DNA from: Vulcanimicrobiota bacterium
GTDB lineage: Bacteria; Vulcanimicrobiota; Vulcanimicrobiia; Eremiobacterales; Eremiobacteraceae
Reading direction: 5' to 3'
NCBI GenBank assembly: GCA_963812135.1
Contig: CAWETU010000001.1
Span: forward strand, 1,952,001 to 2,016,000
Length of the DNA: 64,000 nucleotides
Below, one piece after another: positions 62,292-64,000 of the stretch. Position 1 is the stretch's first letter. Every line of letters begins with the position of its first letter. The notes beneath the pieces are model-generated. The model ran no database searches. It saw only the letters and a program-made list of their open reading frames with translations, and was not told the DNA's origin. Made by a program: the position numbers and the translations under genes.

Positions 62292-63271
62292 GTCGTCGTG
62301 ACGCCGCGCGCGAGCTCGGCTTGATTGGCGAGGCACGCGATGAACGACGGATGGCATTGCACCGTCGGAGCGCGTCCGAATTCGGTGATGCCCGCAGCCG
62401 TCGCGGCGTCGGCGTATTGGATATCGATCTCGTTGAGCGTCTCGACATGTTCGCTCACGAACGCGATCGGCACGATACAGATCGCGCGCGCGCCGTCGGC
62501 CGCCAGCTTCCCGATCAGCAGCTCCGTGGCAGGCTCGAGCCATTTCTCGGGACCGAGGCGGCTCTGGAACGACAGATGCGTCGGACCCGGATGCGCGAGC
62601 CTGCCGACGGCTGCCGCCATCGTCTTCTTCACCTGGTCGAGATACGGATCGCCGCGCTCGATGTAGCGCATCGGCAGCCCGTGCGCCGAGAAGATCAGAT
62701 GCACGCCTTGCGCGGGCGCCCTGAAGCTGTCGAGGGTGCGCCGCGTGACGTCGACGAGCGCCGCGATATAGTCGGGGTCCTCGCAGTACTGCTCGACGAC
62801 GCGCAATTCAGGTTCGTAACCAATCTCGCGCATGACGCGCCTGAGCTCATTCAAGCTCGAGCGCGTGGTGGAATACGAGTACTGAGGATACAGCGGCAGA
62901 AAGACGAGCTCTTTGACGCCGTCGGCCTGCGCGGCACGCAGCGCGTCTTTGGAGTACGGCTGCCAATTGCGCATCGCCAGGTACACCGGCATCGGCCGGC
63001 CTCGCCGACCCAGCTCATCGCGCAAGGCTTGCGCTTGCGCCTCGCTTTGCGCGCGCAACGGCGAGCCGCCGCCGATGGAGGCGTACAGCCGGCGCGAGTA
63101 CGGCGCGCGCAGCGTGGAGATCGCCCATGCGGTCGGTTTGATCAGCGGCTTCGGAACGGGGATGTTGTCCGGGATGAGATCGACGAAGAAATTATAGAGA
63201 AACGGTCTGACGTCGGCCAGCGTCTCCGGCCCGCCGAGCTGCGCAAGGACGACGCCGGTGGCGTCAGCCAT
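62288..63271 (-). CDS. hemH: Ferrochelatase
   Basis: LGGPE, IGGGSPL, PLYPQYS, FSAHGLP, FQSRLGP.KWL.P, FVSEHVETLNEID. Confidence 0.96.
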   Translation of the reverse strand: MADATGVVLAQLGGPETLADVRPFLYNFFVDLIPDNIPVPKPLIKPTAWAISTLRAPYSRRLYASIGGGSPLRAQSEAQAQALRDELGRRGRPMPVYLAMRNWQPYSKDALRAAQADGVKELVFLPLYPQYSYSTTRSSLNELRRVMREIGYEPELRVVEQYCEDPDYIAALVDVTRRTLDSFRAPAQGVHLIFSAHGLPMRYIERGDPYLDQVKKTMAAAVGRLAHPGPTHLSFQSRLGPEKWLEPATELLIGKLAADGARAICIVPIAFVSEHVETLNEIDIQYADAATAAGITEFGRAPTVQCHPSFIACLANQAELARGVTTT

Positions 63272-64000
63272 GGGACTTCGGGGCTTCGACGAATGCCGCC
63301 GCGCACTCGATCGGCGTTTGCGGCAAGATCCCATGACCGAGATTGAGGATGTGGCCCACCGGCCCGGCAGCTTCCATCGCCGCAAACGCAGCCTCGGCGA
63401 CGCGCACCGGCGTGCTCAGCAAAATCGCGGGGTCTACGTTTCCCTGGAGGGCGACCGCGCCGCCGGCCATCGCGCGCGCGTCCGACAGGTCGATGCGCCA
63501 GTCGACGCTGAGCACGTCCGCGCCACTTCGCGCCATCGTCTCGAGCACGCCGGCGCAACCGTTGACGTAGAGGATAGCGGGCACGCCGGCCGCGCGAACG
63601 CGCTCGATGACGCGGGCCTGATACGGAAGTGCGAACTCCTCGAACGCTCGCGGTTCGAGCTCGCCCGCCCACGTATCGAACACCTGGATGGCTTGCGCAC
63701 CCGCGCCCACCTGGGCCGCCGCGTAGGCTGCCGTCGTCGCCGCCAGTTTGTCGAGCAGCGCGTGGAACGTCTGCGGCTGCGAGTACATCAGCGTCTTGGT
63801 GGCTGCGAAGTTCTTCGAACCTCCGCCTTCTATTATATAGGAGGCTAGCGTGAAGGGTGCCCCCGTGAAGCCGACCAGCGCGGCGCGGTCGAGCAGCGCT
63901 CGCTTGCACAGCCGCAACGCTTCCATGACGAAGGGTGTGGCGGCCAGCGGGTCGGGGACCCGGAGGCGCTCGACGTCGTCGCGATTATGGATCCGCCGCT
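63264..64000 (-). CDS. hemE: Uroporphyrinogen decarboxylase (partial, 5' end outside window)
   Basis: GFTGAPFTLASYIIEGG, QVFDTW, LQGNVDP, HILNLGHGI. Confidence 0.96.
   Translation of the reverse strand, partial: RRIHNRDDVERLRVPDPLAATPFVMEALRLCKRALLDRAALVGFTGAPFTLASYIIEGGGSKNFAATKTLMYSQPQTFHALLDKLAATTAAYAAAQVGAGAQAIQVFDTWAGELEPRAFEEFALPYQARVIERVRAAGVPAILYVNGCAGVLETMARSGADVLSVDWRIDLSDARAMAGGAVALQGNVDPAILLSTPVRVAEAAFAAMEAAGPVGHILNLGHGILPQTPIECAAAFVEAPKSHG

Overview
High-GC bacterial chromosomal window, almost fully coding. The gene style (large Cys-containing TonB-dependent receptor, twin TonB-C protein, phosphoesterase, DUF6600, futalosine-pathway mqnD) suggests a diderm soil bacterium such as Ca. 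Eremiobacterota/Vulcanimicrobiota; this is an inference. Content: housekeeping and metabolic genes (thiolase, MaoC, YmdB, prolyl oligopeptidase, mqnD, SufT-like, ABC-2 pair); a 13-kb glycogen cluster (glgP, two GH57, glgC, GH63, glgA); secreted and envelope proteins; an accessory region around tRNA-Asn (LLM monooxygenase, non-heme peroxidase, two DUF1254/DUF1214 genes, NiCoT, BKACE/DUF849 operon, beta-barrel operon); two small RHH-like paralogs; and hemE-hemH-hemY. No transposase, integrase, CRISPR array or rRNA was recognised. Most notable observations: (1) a membrane protein ending in RAPP whose Pro-Pro-Ser codons are exactly complementary to the Shine-Dalgarno region of the downstream LCP gene, a candidate new ribosome-arrest-peptide switch; (2) a dispersed family of GTAG-hairpin REP-like elements, all on the minus strand and with compensatory stem changes, one pair translated in frame inside hemY and one apparently supplying an ABC gene start codon; (3) a ~120-bp diverged duplication of the terminator+promoter just 3' of tRNA-Asn that brackets a DUF1254 gene; (4) a 355-bp internal tandem duplication in the other DUF1254 gene; (5) five single-base frameshifts that are probably sequencing errors. 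All functional calls come from motif recognition by eye, not database searches.
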